IMG/VR virus record: IMGVR_UViG_3300028804_000001
Location: 32,001-96,000 of that record
Reading direction: 5' to 3' (one strand)
DNA length: 64,000 nucleotides
Source: a virus
Taxonomy: Duplodnaviria > Caudoviricetes
The notes under the pieces are model-generated. The model worked only from the letters and a program-made list of their open reading frames with translations. It made no database searches and was not told the origin of the DNA. Made by a program: the position numbers and the translations under genes. This document shows, in pieces, positions 19,453 to 29,322 of the stretch; positions within the stretch are counted from its first letter, which is position 1, and every line of letters starts with the position of its first letter.

Positions 19453-21413
19453 GGTTCATAGTCCGTATTAATCTGGTCTGAAGTGAATTCTATCTTCTTA
19501 TTTTCAGTTAGGGCAAACCTGTCAATAATACTAGGAACAATTACGTTCTTAATAATCCTATTAACAGATCTTCCATTCTCATTTTTATTTACCTTAGAGA
19601 CAATGTAATCAAGAATTTTATCCCGGTCAGGAAATTCTACTTCCACTGTTCTAAAGATCTCTTTCATAGTCTTCTTGAGTCTTACGTCAGCTACTTGTTT
19701 AAGCATAGCTTCATCAAGAGACTTAAATACCAGAACATTATCTACTCTATTAACGAATTCAGGCCTCATTCCATTTGATACTAGAAGTTCTTTAACTGCA
19801 GCAATAGAAACTTTACCTTCTTCTTCATCTTTACGATCGGCTTCATCCATAAAGCCAACTTTGCCCATGCCTTTCTTTCCAATTTCTTCTGCAGCTGCAT
19901 TACTGGTCATGAACATAATGCACTTAGAGATATCATGAGTTCTTCCAGAAGATTCTGTAAAAGAACCTTCATCGAGAAGATTCATGATACCATCTAAGAT
20001 ATCATCGTGAGCTTTCTCAATTTCATCAAAGAGAATAACACAAGGATATTTACTTTGAAGCTCTCGAGTAAGAAAGGTTCCTTCATTATATCCAACGTAG
20101 CCTGGAGCAGAACCAAACAGCCTATTAATATGATGACTGTTCTTGAATTGATTTAAATCAATTCTAATGATTCTATCCTCGGATCCGTAACATACTCGAG
20201 CAAGAGCCTTGGCAGTTTCAGTTTTACCGGAGCCAGTTTGACCAACTGCAAGTACAACTGCTACTGGTTTATTCTGCTCGGATAAGCCTAGATGCTTCTT
20301 AATAATAACATTAACAATTTCTCTTTCGTTCCTATGAGATAGAACTACTTGAGATCTAACATTATCAATGATATCAGCAGAAGTAAACTTGAGCTTAATT
20401 CCAGATCCAATTTCATCTTCTGTGAATCGTGAGTTAAGAGCCATAGCTCTAATAAAAGATTCCTGGGTAGCTGAATCTTCCGCTACTACTTCAGATTCAT
20501 AGAATCTACCTTCGAATACTTCTTTAGATTCTCCGGCGAGCTTAAGAACAAAGGAGTTAGCAACCATGAGATATCTTCTAAGACTATCTTCTTGGAGATA
20601 GTATCTATGTTTGAGAATAATCTCTACATACTTATAGATATCTGCTCTCTTAACTCCTCTAGCTTTAAGCCGGTCTATAATGATATCCCGGATTTGATCT
20701 TCTTTAAATGGTTGAACTGGATAATATACAAAATCATCAGCATAAACATGCCGTTTCATTTGATGCATCTTATGATTAGGAACACAAACAATAAGGACTA
20801 TTTGCTTGAAACAATCAAATAGTCTCATGAAGCCAGAAACATAGTTACCTTCGTAAGATTGAGGAGGAATAAGATGCTTATCGAAATCATCAATGATTAC
20901 GATCGCTTTGTCTTTTACTCTTTTGGTAGTTCCTTTCTTGGCACCTTCTACCAGCTCTACAACTTCCTTTTCCAGAGCTGCTACACTGGCACTCCGATCC
21001 TTTAATGTTGAGAGATTATTAGTATTATCAAAGAAAATTACTTTAGTCGGATCTGGAGAAATAGATCTTTGGATATTAACGATTGCCTCAAGAAGGGCAG
21101 TCCTACCGATTCCTCGGTCACCATGAATTACAATAGGTCCTGTTGAAAATACAAATGATTGGTTAATCAAATTGCATAAGTCTACTACTTCATTATCTCT
21201 ATGGAGTAGATTACATTTACGGCCGTTAGCTAAAGTAAAGTAAAAAGGAAGACCCGGAGGGTTAACCTCCGAGTCCTCATTAATCAACCTGTTGAGATTG
21301 TTTACTTTACGAGCTGTGGCTGAGTGTTCAGACATCTCTCTCGTCATATTGGCCACGGTCTCCTCTGTTGTTTCCTCTATCGCCACCGCCTTTTTTACCA
21401 ACGTATGGCTCAC
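19449..21413 (-). CDS. ClpA/ClpB-type AAA+ ATPase with degenerate first AAA module
   Basis: D2: GQTGSGKTETAK, LFGSAPGYVGY, LFDEIEKAH, RPEFVNRVD; D1 Walker motifs degenerate (GIGRT, IDDFD). Confidence 0.9.
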   Translation of the reverse strand: MSHTLVKKAVAIEETTEETVANMTREMSEHSATARKVNNLNRLINEDSEVNPPGLPFYFTLANGRKCNLLHRDNEVVDLCNLINQSFVFSTGPIVIHGDRGIGRTALLEAIVNIQRSISPDPTKVIFFDNTNNLSTLKDRSASVAALEKEVVELVEGAKKGTTKRVKDKAIVIIDDFDKHLIPPQSYEGNYVSGFMRLFDCFKQIVLIVCVPNHKMHQMKRHVYADDFVYYPVQPFKEDQIRDIIIDRLKARGVKRADIYKYVEIILKHRYYLQEDSLRRYLMVANSFVLKLAGESKEVFEGRFYESEVVAEDSATQESFIRAMALNSRFTEDEIGSGIKLKFTSADIIDNVRSQVVLSHRNEREIVNVIIKKHLGLSEQNKPVAVVLAVGQTGSGKTETAKALARVCYGSEDRIIRIDLNQFKNSHHINRLFGSAPGYVGYNEGTFLTRELQSKYPCVILFDEIEKAHDDILDGIMNLLDEGSFTESSGRTHDISKCIMFMTSNAAAEEIGKKGMGKVGFMDEADRKDEEEGKVSIAAVKELLVSNGMRPEFVNRVDNVLVFKSLDEAMLKQVADVRLKKTMKEIFRTVEVEFPDRDKILDYIVSKVNKNENGRSVNRIIKNVIVPSIIDRFALTENKKIEFTSDQINTDYEP

Positions 21414-21678
21414 GAAAACTCATATTGAGGTGAGGACGAGTCTTCCCTTTGGAAGTTTCCTTACCGCCATCTTTGTTTTCGTTGATGTAGACATCACATC
21501 CATTGGGGAAATCATTGGCGAGTCGTTCAATCTGCTCTGCAGAAAGCTTTCCTCTCCAAAAAGGAATACGTTTCTTTTCGTTCTGGTGTTCCCAGAAACC
21601 TACCTGAACGCCGTAATCCTTTTCACCAGATTGGCTGCTCTGTCTACTTGTTGATTCTCTTCTGCTACCTATCGGCAT
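21328..21678 (-). CDS. DUF736-like small protein, possibly ssDNA-binding
   Basis: VGFWEH..., FWRGKL, INENK...RPH, flexible Gly/Asp/Arg tail; GGAGG precedes the ATG at 21678. Confidence 0.45.
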   Translation of the reverse strand: MPIGSRRESTSRQSSQSGEKDYGVQVGFWEHQNEKKRIPFWRGKLSAEQIERLANDFPNGCDVYINENKDGGKETSKGKTRPHLNMSFREPYVGKKGGGDRGNNRGDRGQYDERDV

Positions 21679-21931
21679 CTTCTTTACCTCCGGCATTCTC
21701 AGAATCAAGAGTGAATTCTGGGATATGCCATTTTTCTTCACCCTCCATTACTATAAAGGATAAGTTTTTTCCTTTGTTTTCTTGGAGAATTTCTTGAAGG
21801 TCTTCGTTAATAAGCCTTCTATCGGTAGCGTATTTGATGTAAACTACTTTGATAGTTCCATCATTCTGATCTTTGGACAAGATACAGAAAAGCTTAACTT
21901 TCCGTTGCTTGAGTTTTCTCTTTTGTTCCAT
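21665..21931 (-). CDS. hypothetical protein
   Basis: ORF packed in the operon. Confidence 0.55.
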   Translation of the reverse strand: MEQKRKLKQRKVKLFCILSKDQNDGTIKVVYIKYATDRRLINEDLQEILQENKGKNLSFIVMEGEEKWHIPEFTLDSENAGGKEDADR

Positions 21932-22088
21932 ATTTTACCCGTGGAAATTCTGGATCATCGAATTCATGCTGATCCAACTTTTTTGATAACTCATAATCTT
22001 CTAATTCTTGTAGCATCTGTAGATCTTCATCTACCAGCTCTTTAAGCCAGGTTGGAAGGCTGCTTATTTGATTACTATACTTACTCAT
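21894..22088 (-). CDS. hypothetical protein
   Basis: ORF overlapping both neighbours. Confidence 0.45.
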   Translation of the reverse strand: MSKYSNQISSLPTWLKELVDEDLQMLQELEDYELSKKLDQHEFDDPEFPRVKYGTKEKTQATES

Positions 22089-22530
22089 TCAATAATTCAG
22101 ATTCTAGTAACTTATAAAATTCTACCAGAAGTTTATCAGCTACATTGGCATTTGTTCTTCTCAGAAAGGTTCCAAGAGTTCGATCTGCTATATCATAAAT
22201 TCTATCAATCTGCATCTGGTTTGCAGAACCAGCTCCCATAAGAGAACCTAGGTCTTTTGTTCTCATAGTGCTTAGCATTTCAGAATCACCTTCTCTAAAG
22301 GTAGTAAAGATAGGAATAGAGTTAAACTTATCTGCAGCTTTTGCTAGCTTAGTCCATTCTACTTTAGGAATAGAATGAGATCCAGATGTTCTATGTTTAC
22401 ATTCGTGAATATATTGAGAATTTCTACCGTCACCATCCCCTTTCTGGTTACCAGAACCAGATGTTCCTGATAATCCAAGAAGCCTATTTGCTTCAGACTC
22501 CACCTGCTTCCATTTGGGATCTTCTTTCAT
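22081..22530 (-). CDS. Holliday junction resolvase, Hjc-like PD-(D/E)xK
   Basis: E...GSG...GDGD...HECK pattern. Confidence 0.65.
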   Translation of the reverse strand: MKEDPKWKQVESEANRLLGLSGTSGSGNQKGDGDGRNSQYIHECKHRTSGSHSIPKVEWTKLAKAADKFNSIPIFTTFREGDSEMLSTMRTKDLGSLMGAGSANQMQIDRIYDIADRTLGTFLRRTNANVADKLLVEFYKLLESELLNE

Positions 22531-22753
22531 CTCTAATCCTTTCCTTTTTTGCAAGGCAGTATATACATTCTGTAATTACCTTAGAATTCCAAAATACTGA
22601 ACCATTAAGATAGTGATATCTTTCTCCACAGTCTTCGCATATTGCAGTTCCATCTTCCTGGAAACTTGCAATAATTCCAGATTTAAGATCTGTGCGAATT
22701 ATTAATTTAGCATTGGGAGTTTTCCAAAGAAGGAGCTTTTGCTTGTTAGTCAT
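22493..22753 (-). CDS. Zn-ribbon hypothetical protein
   Basis: CEDC...CIYC. Confidence 0.55.
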   Translation of the reverse strand: MTNKQKLLLWKTPNAKLIIRTDLKSGIIASFQEDGTAICEDCGERYHYLNGSVFWNSKVITECIYCLAKKERIRDERRSQMEAGGV

Positions 22754-22923
22754 GATCTGCTTTAAGACAGTCTAACTTACTTGAAGGGCCAAGTTTAATT
22801 TCTTTTTTATATTCTGCTAGTTTAATCTTACATTCTGCTTCAGTATCAAAAGTTGTTAAGATATGATATCTAGAACCTGACCATAAAGAGAGAACCAAAA
22901 GCCATTCCATCATATATCTACCC

Positions 22924-23202
22924 TCACTTTTTATTTAGAGATCTAGAGAATAACTCTTTAAGAGACTTTGGCGGTTCTAAAGTCTCCACTGGGACACTTT
23001 GATTAGAATTAGATTTTCTATTTGTTTTCTTTTTATTCTTAACTAATGCACCTGACTGGCTTCTCTTTCTCGCCATATATTCTGCCATATACTGACGATG
23101 AGCTGCAGTGCACTGATTACAACGGCATCCTTTGATATAGTTCGACCTGCTAGAGGGCCCATTAATGGACCCACAGCTATAGTTGGCACTCTTTCTAGCC
23201 AT
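22924..23202 (-). CDS. small basic protein with Y..GCRC..C motif
   Basis: NYIKGCRCNQCTAAHRQYM, shared with 4425..4817. Confidence 0.6.
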   Translation of the reverse strand: MARKSANYSCGSINGPSSRSNYIKGCRCNQCTAAHRQYMAEYMARKRSQSGALVKNKKKTNRKSNSNQSVPVETLEPPKSLKELFSRSLNKK

Positions 23203-23213
23203 ATAAACCTCTA

Positions 23214-23897
23214 CTAGATTTTCATGATAGAGTAGACTTTAGGATCGGACATATCTTTTACTTCTCTGTTATCATGAATGCAGATAACAGATAAATCTAC
23301 CGGGCTAATATGATTAACCCTCTTATCATCGAAAACATCTGTAAGATAGATCATTTTAAATAATCCGGATCTACCCTCACTTCTCATCTTTTGAGTAATA
23401 TTAGCGTGAATATTACCAACTTCGAATAATCCCTGGTGTACGATACATCCAATTGCCATAGCGAGATTATGTAATCCAAAGCTGAGAAAGAATGGAACAT
23501 CTGTAGTAATAACAGTTTTGTTATATGGCTGAAGTCCATTATGTGAGATCTGATAGAATGACCACATAAGTGGAACAATTATAGGTTTAATTACTCTCTC
23601 ATCTAAGTTTGAGTTATACCCGTCCAGACGGCGTCTAACCATATTCTGATACTTGGAGATTTCCTCATTATTAATTGCCACTTTTAAGTCGCCTTTGAGA
23701 TTGGGTTCTCCCGGCAGGATATCCTTAGCTGATTTAGAATCTACACTATATACAGTTCCACAACAGTTACAGATATAGCTTTTAGTAAGCGGATCATGTA
23801 ATGTAAGAATTGCAGTAGGGTAGAAACTCTGACCTGAGTAACAAACGCTGCAGAATTTTTTAACTCTAGATTTTTCAATTACTGGTTCATTACTCAT
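23214..23897 (-). CDS. hypothetical protein with N-terminal Zn ribbon
   Basis: CSVC...CNCC. Confidence 0.65.
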   Translation of the reverse strand: MSNEPVIEKSRVKKFCSVCYSGQSFYPTAILTLHDPLTKSYICNCCGTVYSVDSKSAKDILPGEPNLKGDLKVAINNEEISKYQNMVRRRLDGYNSNLDERVIKPIIVPLMWSFYQISHNGLQPYNKTVITTDVPFFLSFGLHNLAMAIGCIVHQGLFEVGNIHANITQKMRSEGRSGLFKMIYLTDVFDDKRVNHISPVDLSVICIHDNREVKDMSDPKVYSIMKI

Positions 23898-24664
23898 TTT
23901 ACAGTTCCTTTAGCTTGTGCTGATTTTAATAGTTCTTCGTAATCTTTACGATAAACGTTTCTTTCCATACTTGCTGCAATAGCAGCATATTCATTTGATG
24001 ATTTAGCTGCATAGTCAATTGCTCTCATAAAATCAACACAGATTGTTCTAAAGTTGATTTGAGTATTACATCTAACTAATCTTACGTTAGATGGATGTTC
24101 AGTAGGAACACCAGGAATTCCATATATAGTATTATGCGGTTTATCAGTCCATGTAGTTCTAAGTTTCTGAGTTCCAATGAACTTACCATCTTTAAATGTT
24201 AATTCATCAGGGAACGAAAATTTAGTAACCATGGATCCTAATGTAATAATTACTGGAGCTTCAGTAATAGCTGCCATTAGAGATACATACTCTCTACATT
24301 TTGCATACTCAGATTGAGTAACCATATGTGATGGTTTTCTCCAACATCTAATGATTGTTGAATAACTAAAATCAATCTGACCAATCTGAAGATAATAACA
24401 AACACGATCCAATACATCCCATGTTGTTCCATGTAACGGATTTGGATCTCCTTCTGGTAATCCAGTGTAGGAAGGATACTCAGATAGGACCAGGATTCTA
24501 CCTTTCCTTAAAATCGGTCTAGATGGAAATGGAACCTGTTCTAGTCTATTTTGAGCAATAGAACACTTATCACAATGAAGTGGTAAGATATCTTCAGGAG
24601 GCCACAGAAGTGAGCTGTCTGCCCAAATATCTTTCCGAATTGCTCTGGAATACGTACCCTTCAA
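23894..24664 (-). CDS. divergent UDG-superfamily (family 4/5-like) protein
   Basis: CDKCSI, ILVLSEYP, IIRC, C..Y, IITLG, TEHPS; catalytic motifs altered. Confidence 0.65.
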   Translation of the reverse strand: MKGTYSRAIRKDIWADSSLLWPPEDILPLHCDKCSIAQNRLEQVPFPSRPILRKGRILVLSEYPSYTGLPEGDPNPLHGTTWDVLDRVCYYLQIGQIDFSYSTIIRCWRKPSHMVTQSEYAKCREYVSLMAAITEAPVIITLGSMVTKFSFPDELTFKDGKFIGTQKLRTTWTDKPHNTIYGIPGVPTEHPSNVRLVRCNTQINFRTICVDFMRAIDYAAKSSNEYAAIAASMERNVYRKDYEELLKSAQAKGTVK

Positions 24665-25556
24665 AGATTTTCTCCCAGATCTGCTGCAAAATCTCTCTGG
24701 ATTGAAGTAGATCTTGTAATGTATATCTCTCGTTGTCTAAACCAGGCACCTTAAAAAGTGCACCAGTTCTAACAATATGACCTTTAGCTATAGCAAGGTC
24801 AAGTAGATAAAGCTCATTAGAAAGGGATCCGTTGGTGTTATAGCAGAGGGTAAAGCCGATGTCTCCGCCTCTTCCTCTGGATTCATAGGTAACTCTCTTA
24901 CCGCCAAAGTAAGATTTGATCTCTACAACTTGAAGAATAACTGATGAAATTGAATGAATAAAATCAGTAAGAGTGGGCTCACTCTGCTTAGTATATAAAC
25001 TAGCTCTGGTTTGATTACTGAAAATGATACTCATGTTAGGCATATCTGAGATTAGCCTAATGCATGTTCTCATGAATGATTCATATCTTACTAATGCTGG
25101 CAAGCTGTCGATAAATACATTATCTGCTGCTTCGTATGATACGAGATCTTTAATGATCTCATTAGCTCTTGGAGATCCTTTAACAAATACAATATCCTCA
25201 TTAAGGATCCATGGGATATCTTTATTATCTGCATTAACATACACCGAATCTCCTTCAAGTGCACATGCAAGATAAACTAATAGGGATGTTTTATAAGAGT
25301 CAGGTGGACCATAAATTTGAATGATCCCCGGAGGAAGTCCTCCGAAGATCATATCAATAGCAAGAATTCCTGAGTTCTTTTGAGTAACTCCGGATCTTAC
25401 TTCCTGTTCTCTTTCATCAGCATCAATAAGCATATACTGTTTCATCTCACGAAACAGTTCTCTAACAGATTCTAGCTCGTAGTTATGGCTTTCTGAAAAC
25501 TTTTTACAGAATGCTTCATCCCTCTGAGTCAGGGATCTTCTGCGACGAGCTAGCAT
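24594..25556 (-). CDS. divergent RecA-like ATPase
   Basis: SGILAID, GGLP, YGPPDSYKT, FIDSLPAL, FSNQTR, RecA-like C-terminal domain. Confidence 0.72.
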   Translation of the reverse strand: MLARRRRSLTQRDEAFCKKFSESHNYELESVRELFREMKQYMLIDADEREQEVRSGVTQKNSGILAIDMIFGGLPPGIIQIYGPPDSYKTSLLVYLACALEGDSVYVNADNKDIPWILNEDIVFVKGSPRANEIIKDLVSYEAADNVFIDSLPALVRYESFMRTCIRLISDMPNMSIIFSNQTRASLYTKQSEPTLTDFIHSISSVILQVVEIKSYFGGKRVTYESRGRGGDIGFTLCYNTNGSLSNELYLLDLAIAKGHIVRTGALFKVPGLDNERYTLQDLLQSREILQQIWEKIFEGYVFQSNSERYLGRQLTSVAS

Positions 25557-25929
25557 GATCTTCTCCTAAACGATGCTCCATCCAATCTATTGCTAGATGG
25601 ATAGAACCTCTTACTGATGTTAATACCAGCTGTTGAATTCTAGTATGAAGTGTTTGGCAGATCTTATCTGCGTCTATGACTAATGGTGCAATTTCTGAAA
25701 GAATCTGGTCAGTTACTATACCACATTCATCACAAAGTTTCATGAGGGAGGAAGACCCAATTAAATAATTGAGATCTTCCTGCACCTCATGAAAGCCAGA
25801 TCCTATATTATCTAATATAAGACGCTTCGTGCCTCTTAATTTTGAAGGGTATAGGATACCTTCACTGTTTGTTACGTCCGAGTTCATTGAACACCGGCCG
25901 CTCTTGTTTCCCACTTCCGTGTTCCCCAA
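25516..25929 (-). CDS. hypothetical protein
   Basis: ORF in operon; true start probably at MNSDV. Confidence 0.5.
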   Translation of the reverse strand: MGNTEVGNKSGRCSMNSDVTNSEGILYPSKLRGTKRLILDNIGSGFHEVQEDLNYLIGSSSLMKLCDECGIVTDQILSEIAPLVIDADKICQTLHTRIQQLVLTSVRGSIHLAIDWMEHRLGEDHASSSQKIPDSEG

Positions 25930-26074
25930 GATATTCTACGTTCTCACCACCGAGGTCTCTTGCGAGACCAACAGTCTGAGCTTGGCACGTAGCATCATCG
26001 AAACCGTCAGTCTTCATCTCAACCGCGGTTGGCTTTTTGAAGTCCACACTAAGAATGACTGTTTTTTCGCTCAT
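25862..26074 (-). CDS. DUF2997-like protein
   Basis: GF...TC...T..L...LG pattern; adjacent to DUF1257-like and Ycf46-like genes. Confidence 0.6.
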   Translation of the reverse strand: MSEKTVILSVDFKKPTAVEMKTDGFDDATCQAQTVGLARDLGGENVEYLGEHGSGKQERPVFNELGRNKQ

Positions 26075-26454
26075 TAGTGTCCTCCCATACGAAGTTCGAT
26101 ACCAGATTTAGTAACCGTACGGTCAATAACCTGATATCCACGTTCAAGGAGCTGAACTTCAGCTTCTACCATGTTGTAAGATCCAATGACTGCATTGAGA
26201 AAACTCTCAGCAGTATTGAAACTCAACCCGGTTGTTCCAGAAACCTGAACATCGTCATAAGTACGATGCTGGTATTCTGCTGACTTCCCAGTAAATGTAA
26301 AATCACCAACAACACTGTTATTGGCATCCTTTACAGTATACTTTTTGCCATCTGCAGATTTCTCGGATTTAAATCCGATATCTTCGATGGCACGCTTGAG
26401 AAAGTCACCTTCAGTCATGCTGACTGTCCGGTTATAGCGTGCGTAGCTGCTCAT
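26074..26454 (-). CDS. DUF1257 (Ycf35)-like protein
   Basis: MSSY..., L.RAIEDIGF, Y......L..RGYQV, GIELRM; gene context. Confidence 0.6.
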   Translation of the reverse strand: MSSYARYNRTVSMTEGDFLKRAIEDIGFKSEKSADGKKYTVKDANNSVVGDFTFTGKSAEYQHRTYDDVQVSGTTGLSFNTAESFLNAVIGSYNMVEAEVQLLERGYQVIDRTVTKSGIELRMGGH

Positions 26455-26488
26455 ATTACCTCCTATAAGCTATTACTATCTTTCTATG

Positions 26489-28483
26489 TTAAGACCAATT
26501 GTCGATATCATTCCCGGCATCCATATCTTTTTTTCTACCGAGAATCTTTTCGAATTCCTGCTTAAGGTGCTTATCTTTGATAGATGCTGCCTTATCTCGC
26601 AGGTTTTCTACTACCGCAGTTCGGTGCTTAACATATCCTTCTGATCTAGAAGAAGCCGGCTCATAGAGCTTAAGACCATTCTCTCTAACTTCTTCAATTT
26701 TCTCTTTGTGTTTCTCGTAATTAGGCTGAACGTCGATAAATCCCTCTACAATATCGGAGAGAGTGGGATCTTCACCTGTAAGGATTGCCTTATCAGATAC
26801 ATATCTAAAGATCTCGCGGACATCTGCTCCATTATAGGGGCATCTACCAAGCAACATTTCTGCTAATTTATCACATTCATCCTTACTTAGTTTGAGCCTA
26901 TCTCCTAGCTCATTTTGAGCATGGATATTGATAATGTTTGCAAGTTCTTCCTGAGATGGAAAATCAACAAACATAATAGAATCTACCCTGCCAGTTCTGG
27001 TAAGTTCTGCTGGAAGATTCTTAATATTATTTGCGGTCATAATAATGAAAAGATTACTCTTATTTCCTTCCAGGAAATGGAGAACCTTTTCCATTACTCT
27101 TAATAATACACCGCCGTCAGTTGCATGAGAACTAACAACACCACCGAAGATCTTTTCTACTTCATCAATCAGTAGAACGATATCTCCAAGGTTTTCAAGA
27201 AGTGCCAGTTCAGTGTCCATATTCTGTTCACTGGAACCCTGAAGCCCACTCAATACTCTCGAGATATCAAATCTATAAAGATCTCGGCCGAGTCTCTTTG
27301 CAGTATACATGGCTGACATGGTTTTACCAGCACCTTGAACTCCAACTAGGAGAATTGATCTTCCTCTCTTTGTGGATCCTGCATTCTCGGCATACTTAAT
27401 ATACGTTTCTACTTTTCTCTTGAATAGATCCATCCCACCAAGATCGGGAAACTTATCCAGAGAGATGTGAGAGATAGATCTAGATCTTGTAGAAATAGAT
27501 CTATAATACTCACTGATCAGTTCAGAGGGCTCTTTCCCATCTTCAAGCATAGAACGAATATAGAAACTATTTGCCTCAGGAAGAGTTGGAGTATAGATCT
27601 TAGCAACAGATTCTACTGGATGTGTTACTCCAGAGGCTGTTGTTTCGGAGAAGGAATATACAACTTCCAGCATCTGTTTGGATACAGGATGATTCCAGAT
27701 TCTAATCTTCTGAGACAAAGATGATGGTATCTGAGTATAAGCTGGATCCAGGAAGAAGTTGATAATCAGCTCATGTTTACTTAGTGCTTTCCCTTTATGA
27801 ATAGATCTATCATCGCCCACGGTTCGGAGAGAATGTAGATAATTAAATCTATCCATTACCGGATGCATAGTATCTAGAGACGGCTCTAGAAAATGACCAG
27901 AAAAGATATTAATAATCACATAGGATCCAGGAAATTCCTTACGGATATCTGCATTTGTCATACATCCATAACCAAGGAGTTGTTCATAGATAGCTCCATA
28001 GTTAGATCTCCAAGAAGATGTTCTTTCATTATATCCGGGTAGAAAAGTCTTGTTGTTGGTCGGACTTGTCAGATTGCTGATTGTATGATCAATGAGCAAG
28101 CCAGCTGCTGCACTTACGGCATCATTCTGACTCAGTCCCATACGATCAGATTCTTTCTGCATAGCGTCGAGGAAATCTTTCCGGCCAATTCCAGCCTCGG
28201 ACAGATCCATAGTTACCATTCGAAGATGCTCGATATAGTTAACCAGAATATCCGGGGATTTCTCTTTTTCTTGATAGATATACTCATAGATATGGCGTGC
28301 CACATCGTAGATAAATGACATAGTGTCACGGCTTCTAACTACAGTGGCAAGATAACCGCCTGTAAACTCTTCAAGGAAAGTGAATGGAACCTCCCCATTT
28401 ACTGTGCGTTCTACAGCACGAGATTTAGATTTAACTTTCTCCTGTGCTTCAATCTTTGTATTAACTGGAACCTTAACCGCCAT
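26489..28483 (-). CDS. Ycf46-like AAA+ ATPase
   Basis: DLGGMDLFK, LLVGVQGAGKT, GSSEQNM, IDEVEK, TANNIKNLPAELTRTGRVD, FVDFP, GADV. Confidence 0.85.
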   Translation of the reverse strand: MAVKVPVNTKIEAQEKVKSKSRAVERTVNGEVPFTFLEEFTGGYLATVVRSRDTMSFIYDVARHIYEYIYQEKEKSPDILVNYIEHLRMVTMDLSEAGIGRKDFLDAMQKESDRMGLSQNDAVSAAAGLLIDHTISNLTSPTNNKTFLPGYNERTSSWRSNYGAIYEQLLGYGCMTNADIRKEFPGSYVIINIFSGHFLEPSLDTMHPVMDRFNYLHSLRTVGDDRSIHKGKALSKHELIINFFLDPAYTQIPSSLSQKIRIWNHPVSKQMLEVVYSFSETTASGVTHPVESVAKIYTPTLPEANSFYIRSMLEDGKEPSELISEYYRSISTRSRSISHISLDKFPDLGGMDLFKRKVETYIKYAENAGSTKRGRSILLVGVQGAGKTMSAMYTAKRLGRDLYRFDISRVLSGLQGSSEQNMDTELALLENLGDIVLLIDEVEKIFGGVVSSHATDGGVLLRVMEKVLHFLEGNKSNLFIIMTANNIKNLPAELTRTGRVDSIMFVDFPSQEELANIINIHAQNELGDRLKLSKDECDKLAEMLLGRCPYNGADVREIFRYVSDKAILTGEDPTLSDIVEGFIDVQPNYEKHKEKIEEVRENGLKLYEPASSRSEGYVKHRTAVVENLRDKAASIKDKHLKQEFEKILGRKKDMDAGNDIDNWS

Positions 28484-29318
28484 AAAGTTTTTCCTCAATG
28501 TTCTTCTTTGTGTAGTAATTCCAACCTCTAGGAGTTTCACTGGAATTGCCAATCATAACCTGACATGAATTTGTTGGATATGTACAAGGAAATACTTCAT
28601 CCTTTCCAACAATGGTAAATACTGGTGAGTATTTATGATTACCCTCTTGATTTTTAGTACAATCAAATTGATCAACGGCTTTAAAAAAGCACATGTCGAT
28701 ATAAACAAGAGAGTTACCATACTTCTTTCTAAGATCAGAAAGGAAGCTTAAAACATCAGGATTAAATGTAGCCGGCTTTGAAAACATGAAGCTGGTTTTC
28801 ACCTTATCTTCGAGCATCAGATTAGAAAGATCCTTCCAGATTACTGGATGGTCTAATCCATGTACAAAGGTATATACAATGTTTGTAATACCAGATGAAT
28901 TATCTGGCTTAATCAGATTTCTTTCCTGTAGATCTTCTCTATTCCTAATTGAAAGAGACAATGTCTTATCTTTGAGATGCTGAAAGTATGGCATCAAAGA
29001 TACAGAGAGAATCTCCTTACGGAATCTTCGATATGTTTGAACATCAGTAATAAACGTAAGAGAAGTTGGTTTCTTATGTCTATTGCTTTCTTGAAGCTGC
29101 CGCATCCAGGAAGAGAATCCCTGAAATTGCTTCATGGTTTGTTCACTATCCATAGCATTAAGATAGAAGGTGATATTAGAATCACTTCCATCTTCGATAG
29201 TGATATTCTTACGAGTTTCCTGGTTAGGAATTTCTCGTTCCCATTCTTTTAGGTAACAACCAGGGCAATTAAGTTCACAGCTACGTGTTTGAACATAGCG
29301 AAGATCTATATTGTTCAT
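28473..29318 (-). CDS. divergent radical SAM protein
   Basis: CELNCPGCY near the N-terminus; C-terminal Cys cluster (PCTY). Confidence 0.65.
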   Translation of the reverse strand: MNNIDLRYVQTRSCELNCPGCYLKEWEREIPNQETRKNITIEDGSDSNITFYLNAMDSEQTMKQFQGFSSWMRQLQESNRHKKPTSLTFITDVQTYRRFRKEILSVSLMPYFQHLKDKTLSLSIRNREDLQERNLIKPDNSSGITNIVYTFVHGLDHPVIWKDLSNLMLEDKVKTSFMFSKPATFNPDVLSFLSDLRKKYGNSLVYIDMCFFKAVDQFDCTKNQEGNHKYSPVFTIVGKDEVFPCTYPTNSCQVMIGNSSETPRGWNYYTKKNIEEKLYGG

Positions 29319-29322
29319 TCAA

